NCBI GenBank assembly: GCA_021784575.1
Contig: JAJYHX010000004.1
Location: 68,350-132,349, forward strand
Source: Nitrospirota bacterium
GTDB taxonomy: Bacteria; Nitrospirota; JACRHJ01
Direction of reading: 5' to 3'
Length of the DNA: 64,000 bases
Part shown: in pieces, positions 27,440 to 37,175 of the stretch
How the letters are laid out: every line of letters starts with the position of its first letter
How positions within the stretch are numbered: position 1 is the stretch's first letter
Made by a program: the position numbers and the translations under genes
Notes under the pieces: model-generated
What the model was told of the DNA's origin: nothing
Database searches by the model: none
What the model saw: the letters and a program-made list of their open reading frames with translations, nothing else

Positions 27440-27745
27440 CACTTGCGCCCGGAAGTCAGCCCTTTCCCACCGGCAGGAGAAGAGCCGGTTCCCCCTCCCC
27501 CGGCGGCGGGGGAGGGTAAGAGCTTTTCACCCCTCTCACTTTCATGGGAGAGGGTGGCCGCAGGCCGGGAGAGGGTTCACCGCTCATTCTGAGCGATGCG
27601 AATAATCCACGGTTGTCATAACGCCCCCTCGTTCCCCCTCTTATCTTAAGAGGGGGATGAAGGCAAGCTGTCATTCTGAGCACCGCGAAGAATTCACCTT
27701 TCCCAGCGCCCCCTGCTCATTGTAGGGGCGCAATTCATTGCGCCC
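27440..27745. repeat. Composite intergenic repeat region (GEG double-hairpin element, 2x ~28-bp CATTCTGAGC..GCGAA(T/G)AAT element, terminal TTCAYTGCGCCCGG repeats)
   Basis: Hairpins CCCCCTCCCCC/GGGGGAGGG and CCCTCTCAC/GGGAGAGGG plus the tail TGGCCGCAGGCCGGGAGAGGG. A second copy of the family is at 37008-37112. CTCATTCTGAGCGATGCGAATAATCCAC (27585-27612) and TGTCATTCTGAGCACCGCGAAGAATTCACC (27669-27698) flank a 10-bp-stem hairpin. Confidence 0.7.
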
Positions 27746-27897
27746 GGCTTTACTCATAAAACGACCCGGATGTCCGTGAGCAATCCTCATCGGTCGGCGA
27801 AGTTCGTTGTCAGTGGTTATTCCGGATTAGTCGTGCAACCAGTTGATTATTAAAACAAAAAAGAGGAAATTTAGCGTTTTCCCGGCGGTATCGAAAG

Positions 27898-27920
27898 CGG
27901 CCCGAAAACGGGCCGTTTTC
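27898..27920 (+). terminator. Rho-independent terminator-like hairpin (CGGCCCG-AAAA-CGGGCCG-TTTT)
   Basis: 7-bp GC stem, tetraloop and T-run, between the permease and the convergent rluB. Confidence 0.5.
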
Positions 27921-28025
27921 GGGCAATTTCTGGCCAAAAACCGGGGGCGCGGAAGGCGTGATTTTGGGCAAAAAGTTGACGTGGGGACGGTGCGGTTTCG
28001 GGGCGAAAAGGGGGCGCGGGGAAGC

Positions 28026-28802
28026 TTAAAATTCCTCGCCCGGAGAGAGGTATCTCCACCTTCCCTCTGGCAGGCTCCCAAGCCGGATATTCCCGATTCT
28101 GACACGCCTTAGGCCGGTTACCCGGAGGTTTACCAACTCGCACATCCTGCGTATCTGGCGTTTCTTGCCCTGCCTCAGGACGAACCGGAGCTGGTCGTTG
28201 TTAAGCCGCGTAACTATCGCTTTTTTAAGGGGAATTCCATTCAGAGACAGGCCGAAATCAAGGAGGCCCAGGGCTTTTTCCGTAACCTCGCCCTCCACCC
28301 GGACGATATATTCCTTCTCAATTTCCGAGCGCTCCCCGATGAGTTTTTTCGCCACCCGCCCGTCCTGCGTAAACACGATAAGTCCTTGAGAATCAATGTC
28401 AAGCCGACCTGCGGGCGCAAGGTTTTTCATCCTCGCGGGCGAGAATTTCATGCCGGATTTATCCCCCTTTGCGCGGTTCGCCGGGGTAAGCAGAACGGAG
28501 GCGGGCCTGTAGCCTTTCTCCGCCTGGCCTGAGACGTAACCTACCGGTTTATTTAGGATAATTGTTACAAGGCCCGTCTGCTCAAGGGCGGCTTTTTCGT
28601 CGAGAGCCACCTCGGAGGACGGGTCAACCTTAAGCCCCAGCTCGCTTACGCGAAGGCCGTTTACAATCACAAGTCCGCGTTCTATAAAGGAATCCGCCTC
28701 GCGGCGGGAGCACATGCCGCGCTCGGACATGAGCTTGGAAAGCCGGATTTTTTCCACCTGGATGGGCCGGGGGCAGCTAATTGTTGCCCTTTTTTTAAAC
28801 AT
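28026..28802 (-). CDS. rRNA pseudouridine synthase (RsuA/RluB family) with S4 domain
   Basis: S4 RNA-binding N-terminus ([20 protein letters not shown]). Catalytic RLDIDSQGL motif. Confidence 0.85.
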   Translation of the reverse strand: MFKKRATISCPRPIQVEKIRLSKLMSERGMCSRREADSFIERGLVIVNGLRVSELGLKVDPSSEVALDEKAALEQTGLVTIILNKPVGYVSGQAEKGYRPASVLLTPANRAKGDKSGMKFSPARMKNLAPAGRLDIDSQGLIVFTQDGRVAKKLIGERSEIEKEYIVRVEGEVTEKALGLLDFGLSLNGIPLKKAIVTRLNNDQLRFVLRQGKKRQIRRMCELVNLRVTGLRRVRIGNIRLGSLPEGRWRYLSPGEEF

Positions 28803-28812
28803 AAAACAGCCT

Positions 28813-29808
28813 TTATTTAATCTCCAGCATCCTGTCCAATGCCCTCCTGGCCGGGACGCGTATTTCTTCCGGTACCCTGACGACGCAGTCCATATGTTCC
28901 AGAGCGCGCAGGACGCTTTTTATGGTCGTCTTCTTCATGTTCGGGCAGAGCATGTCCTTCCTGAGCGGGTAGAACGACTTGTCCGGGCTGTCCTTCCTGA
29001 GGCGGTACATAAGGCCAAGCTCGGTTCCTATAATGAACTCCGAAGCTTTCGATTCCCTGCAATACCGCAGCATGCCGGATGTGGATGTGACGAAATCCGC
29101 CTTCTCAAGGACTTCCATCGGGCATTCCGGGTGCGCGATAAACAGGGCGTTCGGATGCTGCGCCCTTGCGGCAACGACATCCTTGAGGCTTACACGGTCA
29201 TGGATGTTGCAGAAGCCGTCCCAGGCGATGATTTCCTTGCCTGTATTCCTTGCCGCCCAGGCTGCCAGGTTCTTGTCCGGGACACAGATTACGCGCCTTG
29301 AATCCAGAGACTCGATTACCTTCACGACGTTCGCCGACGTGCAGCAGATGTCGCTCTCGGCCTTTACCGCCGCAGTGGTATTGACATAGCTGACGACCGG
29401 AACGCCCGGATATTTCGCCTTTATATCGCGCAGGCTGAAATCTTCGGGGTAGGTATAGCAGAACTCCTTCCCGGCGCCGGGGAAATGCGTGGAATAAAAA
29501 CGCGGCCCGGAGACCGTGACCATCTCGGCCATGGGGCATCCGGCCTCCGGCTCGGTTAGGAGCACGGTCTTGTCGGGCGAGAGAATGCTTGCCGACTCCG
29601 CCATGAAATGCACGCCGGCGAAGACGATGACGCCATAGTCCGTCCCGGCTGCGATACGCGAAAGCTCAAGGGAGTCGCCGGTATAATCCGCCGCTTCCTG
29701 GACTTCGTCCCGCTGGTAGTTGTGCGCGAGGATTACGGCGTTCCTCTCGGCCTTCAGCTTCAGTATCTTTTCGGAAATCTCTTTAAACTCAGGAGAGCCG
29801 ATCAGCAT
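28813..29808 (-). CDS. nadA: Quinolinate synthase NadA
   Basis: [10 protein letters not shown] and GVHFMAES blocks conserved in NadA. Start ambiguous (ATG at 29808 or 29880). Confidence 0.85.
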   Translation of the reverse strand: MLIGSPEFKEISEKILKLKAERNAVILAHNYQRDEVQEAADYTGDSLELSRIAAGTDYGVIVFAGVHFMAESASILSPDKTVLLTEPEAGCPMAEMVTVSGPRFYSTHFPGAGKEFCYTYPEDFSLRDIKAKYPGVPVVSYVNTTAAVKAESDICCTSANVVKVIESLDSRRVICVPDKNLAAWAARNTGKEIIAWDGFCNIHDRVSLKDVVAARAQHPNALFIAHPECPMEVLEKADFVTSTSGMLRYCRESKASEFIIGTELGLMYRLRKDSPDKSFYPLRKDMLCPNMKKTTIKSVLRALEHMDCVVRVPEEIRVPARRALDRMLEIK

Positions 29809-29933
29809 GTTATTACCACTATTATTACCACTATCCGCTATCAGCGTCAGGTTAAACCTGTCCAAAGCTTTTGGCGCCATTTTTCTACAAAAAGGCGGCA
29901 AGGACTTAAAGGTTAATTATATTGAAGTTGACC

Positions 29934-30740
29934 TTACTCGGCAAGAGAAATATCTTTGACGGAGGACGAGACGGGGTTTTGCGTAAAGAGGATAGAGCCG
30001 TCTTTCATCTCGACTTTGTATATCGGCCTTGAATAATTCGCGCCGGTGACGGGGTTCCTGGAAAGCCGCATCACCTTCCGCACGTAGTTTCTCGTTTCCG
30101 GGATTGCCGGGACGCACATGCCGTTCCGGATGACCCTGCCCTGGCCGCAGTTATACGCCGCAACGGAGAGCTCCACGTCTCCGTTGAAGCAATCCAGCAG
30201 GTAGCGAAGGTACTTTACGCCCCCGTCGATGTTCTGGGCCGGGTCGAAAATCTTCCGGACGCCCATGTCCGCGGCGGTGGAGGGCATAAGCTGCATCAGC
30301 CCGCGCGCGCCCTTCCGGGAAACTGCGGCCGGGTTGAAGTCCGATTCCGCCTTTATAATCGAGCGCACAAGGTTGGGGTCGACGTCGTATTTCTCGCACT
30401 TGGCATTGATTATGCCGGAATAGGGCACGTTATCCGGCAACCGTGTATTCGTCTTGCGGCCGGCTTTAATGACGGGTTTGGCGACGGCGGCCTTTGCGAT
30501 TTTTGCGCACGGTTTCTTAGGCTTGGCCGCCGGGATTTTCTTCGGGATCGCAGGCCGTTCCCTGACCACCGTCTCGATTTTCCTCTCGTCGGCCCTTGGG
30601 ACGTTGGTGAAGACAATCACGCCTTTGCTGTTAATGTATTTATAGATGTTGGCGGAGGCTTCATGGGATGAAAAAAGCAACATGACCGGCAGGATGGCAA
30701 CCGGCAGCATGAGAAGTTTCTTGAAATCGCAATGCGGCAT
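29934..30740 (-). CDS. Lytic transglycosylase (SLT domain) with signal peptide
   Basis: SLT catalytic block ESDFNPAAVSRKGARGLMQLMPSTA. N-terminal signal sequence. Confidence 0.8.
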   Translation of the reverse strand: MPHCDFKKLLMLPVAILPVMLLFSSHEASANIYKYINSKGVIVFTNVPRADERKIETVVRERPAIPKKIPAAKPKKPCAKIAKAAVAKPVIKAGRKTNTRLPDNVPYSGIINAKCEKYDVDPNLVRSIIKAESDFNPAAVSRKGARGLMQLMPSTAADMGVRKIFDPAQNIDGGVKYLRYLLDCFNGDVELSVAAYNCGQGRVIRNGMCVPAIPETRNYVRKVMRLSRNPVTGANYSRPIYKVEMKDGSILFTQNPVSSSVKDISLAE

Positions 30741-30916
30741 TATTCTCGTAATGCTTGAGTTCGGCCTGAAGAAAACCGGCCTGTAATCTGCCCTTTTTAA
30801 AGAAGGGCCCGCAATTTTTATATCAAAAAAATGCGGAAAAGTCAATAAAACCGGGCCTCCAGGGCGGGAACATTAAAATATTTTAAGAACCAAAATGCCG
30901 GACAGGAGGCGTCCGG

Positions 30917-31726
30917 TTACCTGGCCCCCGCCTTCGCCCTGGGGTCGGGTATCGGTATCGCGGCAAGAAGGGCCTTGGTATACGGGTCTTTCGGGTTGTT
31001 ATACACCTCCGCCGCCCTGCCGGACTCCACAATCCTGCCCCGGTTCATGACCGCCACATTGTCGCAGAAATAGCGGACGATGTTCAGGTCGTGCGCAATG
31101 AAGAGAAATGAAAGCGAGAACTCCTCCTGGAGGTCTTTTAGGAGGTTCAGCACCTGCGCCTGTATGGAGACGTCGAGCGCGGAAATCGGCTCGTCCGCGA
31201 CAATCAGCTCCGGCTTCACGGAGAGCGCCCGCGCAATCCCTATCCTCTGCCTCTGGCCGCCGGAGAACTCGTGCGGGTATTTGCCCGTAGCCTCCGGGCC
31301 TATGCCGACCTTCTTCAGTATCTCCGCCACCCGGTCTTTGAGCTCGCTTCCCCTGGCCAGACCGTTCACGTATAGCGGCTCGCCGACAATCTCGCCCACC
31401 TTCATCCGCGGGTTAAGCGAGGCGAACGGGTCCTGGAATATTATCTGCATCCTGCGCCGGAGCTTGCGCAGGCCCTCCCGGTCAGCCTTCAAAACGTCCA
31501 CGCCGTCGAAAAGCACCGTCCCTTCGGTAGGTTCTATAAGCCGAAGAACGCATCTGCCCGCCGTGGACTTCCCGGAGCCGGATTCTCCGACAAGGCCCAG
31601 CGCCTCCCTGCGGCCAATCTCGAAATCCACGCCGTCCACGGCCTTTACAACGGCCTTCTCGCCGAAAAGGCCATTATGAACAGTGAAATGTTTCTTCAGC
31701 CCGCCGACTTTCAGCAACTGTCCCAT
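30917..31726 (-). CDS. ABC transporter ATP-binding protein (oligo/dipeptide Dpp/Opp F-type)
   Basis: GESGSGKST Walker A. LSGGQRQRIGIARAL signature. Dpp/Opp-type C-terminus. Confidence 0.85.
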   Translation of the reverse strand: MGQLLKVGGLKKHFTVHNGLFGEKAVVKAVDGVDFEIGRREALGLVGESGSGKSTAGRCVLRLIEPTEGTVLFDGVDVLKADREGLRKLRRRMQIIFQDPFASLNPRMKVGEIVGEPLYVNGLARGSELKDRVAEILKKVGIGPEATGKYPHEFSGGQRQRIGIARALSVKPELIVADEPISALDVSIQAQVLNLLKDLQEEFSLSFLFIAHDLNIVRYFCDNVAVMNRGRIVESGRAAEVYNNPKDPYTKALLAAIPIPDPRAKAGAR

Positions 31727-31892
31727 GCCTGTGTATTATCCGCTAAAGCCGCCCGGCTGTCAATATATAGCCGGTCCCGCGGGAGGGAGCGTTCTCTCCG
31801 AAAAATTATTATTCACTATAATGCTTAACCGGCGACAGTTCCATCTTGCGTTCAAGATAATTTTTCTTCGAGAACGCTCCCTCCCTGCGCCT

Positions 31893-33485
31893 TCATTTGT
31901 CCTCAACGGCAACCCCCAGCCCCTTGTCCGAGTTGGATATTGGATAGAGCCTGTATCCCCTGACCCTCGGCCCAAGCACGACGTAGTCCTTTTTGTGCCA
32001 GAAGAATACCCAGGGGGCCATCTCCACCACCCGCGCCTGGGCCTGCCTGTAAAGCTCCATGCGCTTTTTCGTGTCCGGCTCCGTCTCTGCGCGGGTTATA
32101 AGCCCGTCGAACACCTTGTCCCGGAAGCGCGCGCGGTTGCCCGCCGGGCCTGCATTTCCACTATAAAAAACAGGGTAGAGAAAGTTTTCCGGGTCGGGGT
32201 AATCCGCCTGCCAGCTAAGCCAGAAGAGGTCTGCGTCGCCGTTGTCTATCGCCTGCTTGAACGCAGACCACTCAAGCTGGATTATGGAAGCGCGTATGCC
32301 GACATCCGCCAGATACTGCTGGATCACCTCCACCATGTCGAGCGTTTCCTGCTCGTTCCCGATGTAAATCTTCAGGCTTATACCGCGCGGGTATCCGGCC
32401 TCCTTAAGCAGGCGTTTCGCTTCGGCGGGATTATACTTATACGGGAAGTCCCTGCTGCCGGAAGGGAGCAGGAATTCCGGCACCGGGCCGTTCGCCAGGA
32501 CGCCCCTGCCCTCGTAGATGGTGTCGAGGATGCGTTTTCTGTCTATCGCCATGGAGATTGCCCGGCGCACGCGGACGTCGTTTAGCGGCGCCCTCCGGCA
32601 GTTCATCCCAAGGTAATATGTGTTCAGCCCCACCTGGGACAGAAGCCTTTTGCTCCAGCGCGGGTCTTGCGAGTATCGCCGGAACTCCGGCGCGGGCACT
32701 TTCAGCGCGTCAAGGTTTCCCCTCTCGAACTCCGCCACGGCGGTCAGCTCTTCCGGGATGACGCGGTAGGTAATCCCGGCCGCCTCCGGCGCGCCGCCAA
32801 AATACGCCCGGTTCGCCCTAAGGGTAATGCGGCTTCCGTGCTCCCATCGCACAAGGATGAACGGCCCGGTCCCAACCGGATGGTCGGAAAAATGCGTCCC
32901 GTATTTCTTCACTTCCTCTTTCGGGACAACATATGCGCCGGGCATGGCGAGAAGCCCCAGGAACGGCCCGAACGGCGCGGAAAGCTCGATGACAAGCCTG
33001 TGCGCGCCGGGGGTTTTTATGCCGGATACATCCGCGCTTTTGCCGTCCATGAACCGCCTTGCCCCCTTTATCCTGTCGAAGAGCCACGTCCTGGGAGAGT
33101 TTGTCGCTGGGCTAAGCACGCGCTCGAAGGAATACTTGACGTCCGCCGAAGTCAATTCCCGCCCGTTTGAGAACCTTACTCCCTTCCGGATGTGGAATGT
33201 GTATACCCTGCCGTCCTTGCTTATGCTCCATGAGCTTGCAAGCCCCGGTATTATCCGCGCCTTGTCGTCGTAGGATACCAGGCCGTCGAATATCTTCGCG
33301 GCGACCACCCCGCCCTGCACGTCCACGATGTGCGCCGGGTCGAGCGTCGTCGGGTCTTCGCTCAGGCGGAGATGAAGATATGAAGGGTTTTCGTGCAGGG
33401 AGCAGGAGGAAAAAAGCAAGGCGAGAATGATAACGGCCGCCACTCTGAGCATTGCCTCGAACCTGGACTGTAGCGGCCGACCCAT
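31893..33485 (-). CDS. ABC transporter substrate-binding protein, family 5 (peptide/nickel type), lipoprotein
   Basis: SBP_bac_5 pattern. Lipobox LLFSSCS. The start is likely internal to the 547-aa ORF-track call. Confidence 0.8.
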   Translation of the reverse strand: MGRPLQSRFEAMLRVAAVIILALLFSSCSLHENPSYLHLRLSEDPTTLDPAHIVDVQGGVVAAKIFDGLVSYDDKARIIPGLASSWSISKDGRVYTFHIRKGVRFSNGRELTSADVKYSFERVLSPATNSPRTWLFDRIKGARRFMDGKSADVSGIKTPGAHRLVIELSAPFGPFLGLLAMPGAYVVPKEEVKKYGTHFSDHPVGTGPFILVRWEHGSRITLRANRAYFGGAPEAAGITYRVIPEELTAVAEFERGNLDALKVPAPEFRRYSQDPRWSKRLLSQVGLNTYYLGMNCRRAPLNDVRVRRAISMAIDRKRILDTIYEGRGVLANGPVPEFLLPSGSRDFPYKYNPAEAKRLLKEAGYPRGISLKIYIGNEQETLDMVEVIQQYLADVGIRASIIQLEWSAFKQAIDNGDADLFWLSWQADYPDPENFLYPVFYSGNAGPAGNRARFRDKVFDGLITRAETEPDTKKRMELYRQAQARVVEMAPWVFFWHKKDYVVLGPRVRGYRLYPISNSDKGLGVAVEDK

Positions 33486-33513
33486 GCGTCGGCCATTTGT
33501 TTTATAGTCCACC

Positions 33514-34230
33514 CTATCCCCCGCTTTCTCTCCCATGAAAGGGCGAGGGGTGAGAACATTCTTTTATGAACGCCTCGAAGAGCCGCCGCGACGACTCCTC
33601 TTCCTGCATCCGCTCCGGGTGCCACTGCACGCCCACGACGAACATTTTTCCCGGCAGCTCCACGGCCTCGACCATCCCGTCGTCGGACACGGCGGAAGGA
33701 TAAAGCCCCGGCGCGAGCCTGCTTACAGCCTGGTGATGATGGCTGTTCACGGACAATCGCTCCACGCCGATAATCTCCCTCAGCATACTCCCGCGCGCGA
33801 GCGTCACCATGTGCCGGATGTCCCTGCCCTTCTCTTTGTGGCCAGGGATGTCCTGGCGGAGCTTGCCGCCGAAATAAACGTTTATCGATTGAATGCCGAG
33901 GCATATCCCAAGCACGGGCTTTTTCAGCGCGAGCATCTCCCTGAGGAGCGAGAAGTCAAAATCGGTCCTTATGTCGGGAGACAGCGCCGCGCCGTCCATG
34001 ACGTCTTCCGAGTAATATTTCGGGTGTATGTCGTCCCCGCCTGAGAGCAGCAGGCCGTCGATTTCCCGCGCGTACTCCTCGGGGACGGACGCGCCCTCCA
34101 CGACGGGTATCATAAATGGCATCCCGCCGAAACGGTATAAGGCGTCGGCGTAGCTCTTGTCGAGATATGCCCGGAAGCCGCCGGACTCCTTGAATTCCAT
34201 GTCCTGGGTTACGCCGATTAATGGACGCAT
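33514..34230 (-). CDS. Gamma-glutamyl hydrolase / class I glutamine amidotransferase-like peptidase C26 (PuuD-like)
   Basis: GICLGIQ catalytic Cys. HH..V His motif. 238 aa. Confidence 0.8.
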   Translation of the reverse strand: MRPLIGVTQDMEFKESGGFRAYLDKSYADALYRFGGMPFMIPVVEGASVPEEYAREIDGLLLSGGDDIHPKYYSEDVMDGAALSPDIRTDFDFSLLREMLALKKPVLGICLGIQSINVYFGGKLRQDIPGHKEKGRDIRHMVTLARGSMLREIIGVERLSVNSHHHQAVSRLAPGLYPSAVSDDGMVEAVELPGKMFVVGVQWHPERMQEEESSRRLFEAFIKECSHPSPFHGRESGG

Positions 34231-34231
34231 G

Positions 34232-35848
34232 TTACTTTAAAATCTTCCCCGCGCGCGCCTTTGTCTGTTCCCCGCCGCGCACGGCGAACCTGCCGTTAAC
34301 AAGCACGTGTTCTATTCCATGCGGAAATTGGTACGGGTCGTCGAACGTCGCCGCATCGGCAACCGTTGACGGATTGAATATAACCATGTCGGCATATAAG
34401 CCTTCTTTTATATATCCGCGGTCTTTCAGCCTCAGCCTGTCCGCCGCCATCCCGGTAAGTTTCCTCACCGCCTGCGGGAGAGTCAATAATTTTTCTTCGC
34501 GGGCGTATTTCCCAAGCACCCTTGCGAAGCTCCCGAATCCGCGCGGGTGCGGTTTGCCCTGCCTCGTCGCCCCGGATATCCCGCGCGCGGTGGAGTCGGA
34601 GCCTATCATCATCCAGGGCAGGGACAGAAAGGTTCTCAGGTTGTCCTCGCTCATGGAGAAATATATCGCCTGGGCGCGCGCTCCCTCCTCTATCAAGATG
34701 TCGAAGAGCGCCTCGACCGGCTCCTGGGCGCGTATCTCCGCGGCCTCGGCGAGCGTCTTGCCTTCAAGCTTCCTGTTTCCTTCCGTGCTGACGGACGCGA
34801 TCATCACGCGGCCCCAATATTCCGGGACTGGATGTCCGGAGAGCACTTCCTCCCGCAGTCTTGCGCGCGCCGCCGGGTCTTTCAGGCGCTTCACTTCCTC
34901 GGCATTGCCTCCTTCGTATGCCCATGCCGGGAGGATTGCGTCAAGGTCGGTGCTCGACGCCGTGTACGGGTAGCGGTCGGCTGTCACGTCCAGACCTTCC
35001 GCGCGCGCCTTTTCTATCGCATCAATGATTTCTGATATTTTGTGCCAGTTGGCCTGGCCCGCGGTCTTGAGGTGCGAAATCTGCACGGGTATCCCGGCCT
35101 CGCGTCCGACTGTTATGGCCTCCTCAATCGCCTCGACGACCCTTGCGCCTTCGCTTCTCATGTGGCTCGTGTATATCCCGCCGTATTTCGCCGCGACCTC
35201 CGCCAGGCGCACGATTTCGCCTGTTTCGCTGTATACGCCCGGCGGATAGATGAGGCCGGTGGAGAGTCCGAGCGCGCCCGCCTCCATCGCCTCCGCGAGC
35301 AGGGCCTCCATCTTCCGGAACTCGTCCTCGGCCGGTTTTCGATTAACATATCCGACGACTGACGCGCGCAGGTTTCCGTGCCCGCAATACGTGGCGAAGT
35401 TCAGCGCGGGCCGCGCCTTCTCAAGCGCGTCGAAATATCCGGAGAAGTCCGTCCACGTTTGCTTAATCCCAAGCTCGGCGAACTCGCTCCGGCGCGCCTT
35501 TGCCGCTTCCCCGATTAATGGCGCGGCGGACATGCCGCAGTTCCCGGATACCTCGGTCGTTACGCCCTGCATAATCTTCGACGGCGCGGACGGCTCTACA
35601 AGGAGCGAGAACTCCGAGTGCGCGTGTATATCTATGAACCCCGGCGCGGCGGCAAGGCCCGTGCAGTCGATTACCTCCGCGTCGGGAAAAGATTTGTCAG
35701 TCCCGCCCGTTCGGCTGCGCTCAGGGCAGGCTCCTCGGGAACCCGGCGACTTTATTATTCGCGCAATCCTCTCGCCGTCAATCAATATGTCGGCGGGATA
35801 GCCGTCGGCGCCGGTGCCGTCAAAAAGGGTGATATTTTTAATGATCAT
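34232..35848 (-). CDS. N-acyl-D-amino-acid deacylase (D-aminoacylase), amidohydrolase family
   Basis: Starts MIIKNITLFDGTG... Metal-binding IDIHAHSEF motif. 538 aa D-aminoacylase architecture. Confidence 0.8.
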   Translation of the reverse strand: MIIKNITLFDGTGADGYPADILIDGERIARIIKSPGSRGACPERSRTGGTDKSFPDAEVIDCTGLAAAPGFIDIHAHSEFSLLVEPSAPSKIMQGVTTEVSGNCGMSAAPLIGEAAKARRSEFAELGIKQTWTDFSGYFDALEKARPALNFATYCGHGNLRASVVGYVNRKPAEDEFRKMEALLAEAMEAGALGLSTGLIYPPGVYSETGEIVRLAEVAAKYGGIYTSHMRSEGARVVEAIEEAITVGREAGIPVQISHLKTAGQANWHKISEIIDAIEKARAEGLDVTADRYPYTASSTDLDAILPAWAYEGGNAEEVKRLKDPAARARLREEVLSGHPVPEYWGRVMIASVSTEGNRKLEGKTLAEAAEIRAQEPVEALFDILIEEGARAQAIYFSMSEDNLRTFLSLPWMMIGSDSTARGISGATRQGKPHPRGFGSFARVLGKYAREEKLLTLPQAVRKLTGMAADRLRLKDRGYIKEGLYADMVIFNPSTVADAATFDDPYQFPHGIEHVLVNGRFAVRGGEQTKARAGKILK

Positions 35849-35872
35849 TTAGCTGTATTCTTAAACCCTGTT

Positions 35873-36589
35873 TTAAATTTTTGGTTGTGGATATACTCCG
35901 TCAATCATATCTTTAACTTCAACTGCCCATGACAAGCCATTGTCTGGTAAACCGATTTTTTCTGCAATAACGCTTACTCCCAGGTTCACAGTACGCTTAG
36001 GAAAACTACGATGAGATTTAAAAGTTCTTTTGTTGTATACAACCAATGAGGCGGGATCCCCTTCCTCGCAGTCTATTATCCTGAAACCGGTTTTCTCATT
36101 CAGCAATGAGTTGAAAGACGCCTTTTGAAATCTCCAGAAATCCCATGGACGGTTATGAGGCGGATATGCAGGGTGGGTATTTATAAAAACAAGCGCGCCT
36201 TTTTTAATAACCTTGTTAATCTCAAGCACGGTCTTCCAGGGCATTGCCAAGTGCTCAAATGTCGCCATGCATAATACAGCATCATAATGCTCTTCCGGAA
36301 GGTATTGCGAAAGATTATGGGCATCGCCTACCACGTCTACATTCTCGCCTGCGTAATAGTCGAACCCTGTATATTCTTTTGCTGATGTAAAAAGATTCCT
36401 CTGAATTGAATTCGTTTCATTCCTGGATCCTATTTCCAGTATGCATACATCAGACATATTATTTACGGCCTTAAGAAATTTATCATAGACTTGATCGTAT
36501 TTCTCTCCCGACGCATCATACGGAAGCATTCTATTAATAGCGCGAGTTACGCGCGTTACAATCCATATTTTTAGCTTTAAGTTATTCAT
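35873..36589 (-). CDS. Class I SAM-dependent methyltransferase (AT-rich, probably acquired)
   Basis: Motif I-like VCILEIGSRN. Methyltransf_11/23-like core. Local GC clearly below the flanking DNA. Confidence 0.65.
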   Translation of the reverse strand: MNNLKLKIWIVTRVTRAINRMLPYDASGEKYDQVYDKFLKAVNNMSDVCILEIGSRNETNSIQRNLFTSAKEYTGFDYYAGENVDVVGDAHNLSQYLPEEHYDAVLCMATFEHLAMPWKTVLEINKVIKKGALVFINTHPAYPPHNRPWDFWRFQKASFNSLLNEKTGFRIIDCEEGDPASLVVYNKRTFKSHRSFPKRTVNLGVSVIAEKIGLPDNGLSWAVEVKDMIDGVYPQPKI

Positions 36590-36623
36590 TCAGTCCCCCT
36601 GTTACAGGTTACTATTTATATTC

Positions 36624-37175
36624 TCAATCCCCCTGAATATACCCGATAAACTTGCCCCGCGTCGCTTCGGATTCATCAAGGGATTTCAATTCGTCTTTCG
36701 ACAGCTCTTTCGGCCTGTCGCGCTTCGCATCGACGATGCAGATGAAGCCGAATGGTTCGGAGCCGGGGTTTATAAGCTGGTGCGGCTCGTTCGGGGCGAC
36801 GTATAGCGCGTCCATGAAGCCGACCTCATAGACCTTGTCCCCGGCGAGCGCGCGGCCCCTGCCCCGGACGCAAATCACGGCGTGCTCGTGCTCGTGCTTC
36901 TCTAAGCTACTATGGCCGCCCGGCTCGACCTCGAAATACCGGACATGGAACTTGGCTCGCTCGCCCTTCAGGCCGATGAGCGTCTGCCGGTCTATGCCGC
37001 AGAAACATCCACCCTCTCCCCGGCCCTCTCCCATCAAGGGAGAGGGAGAAACGTCTTTACCCGCCCCACCTGCGGGGGAGGGTGGCCGAAGGCCGGGTGA
37101 GGGCTTATACGCCTCTTTTGCAATCTCCGTCCATGTGTAATCCGGATTGAATCTGTGCAGTCGGCTTTTGCTCAT
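36624..37175 (-). CDS. Cupin-domain protein carrying an in-frame repeat-element insertion near the N-terminus
   Basis: Cupin_2 barrel (FHVRYFEVEPGGHSSLEKHEHEHAVICVRGRG...). The N-terminal segment PSPGLRPPSPAGGAGKDVSPSPLMGEGRGEGG is encoded by the GEG hairpin element. Confidence 0.65.
   Translation of the reverse strand: MSKSRLHRFNPDYTWTEIAKEAYKPSPGLRPPSPAGGAGKDVSPSPLMGEGRGEGGCFCGIDRQTLIGLKGERAKFHVRYFEVEPGGHSSLEKHEHEHAVICVRGRGRALAGDKVYEVGFMDALYVAPNEPHQLINPGSEPFGFICIVDAKRDRPKELSKDELKSLDESEATRGKFIGYIQGD
37008..37112. repeat. GEG double-hairpin repeat element (copy B), located inside the cupin CDS
   Basis: CCCTCTCCC-ATCAA-GGGAGAGGG and CCGCCCC-ACCTGC-GGGGGAGGG plus the tail TGGCCGAAGGCCGGGTGAGGG. 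Same modules as 27485-27580 but in swapped order. Confidence 0.7.

Noticed and set aside
27455-27683. ORFs encoding ..SLRMSGEPSPGLRPPSP.. and ..GEGKSFSPLSLSWERVAAG..
   Set aside because: Both are read across the palindromic repeat modules on opposite strands. They are a typical artefact of REP/MITE-like elements.
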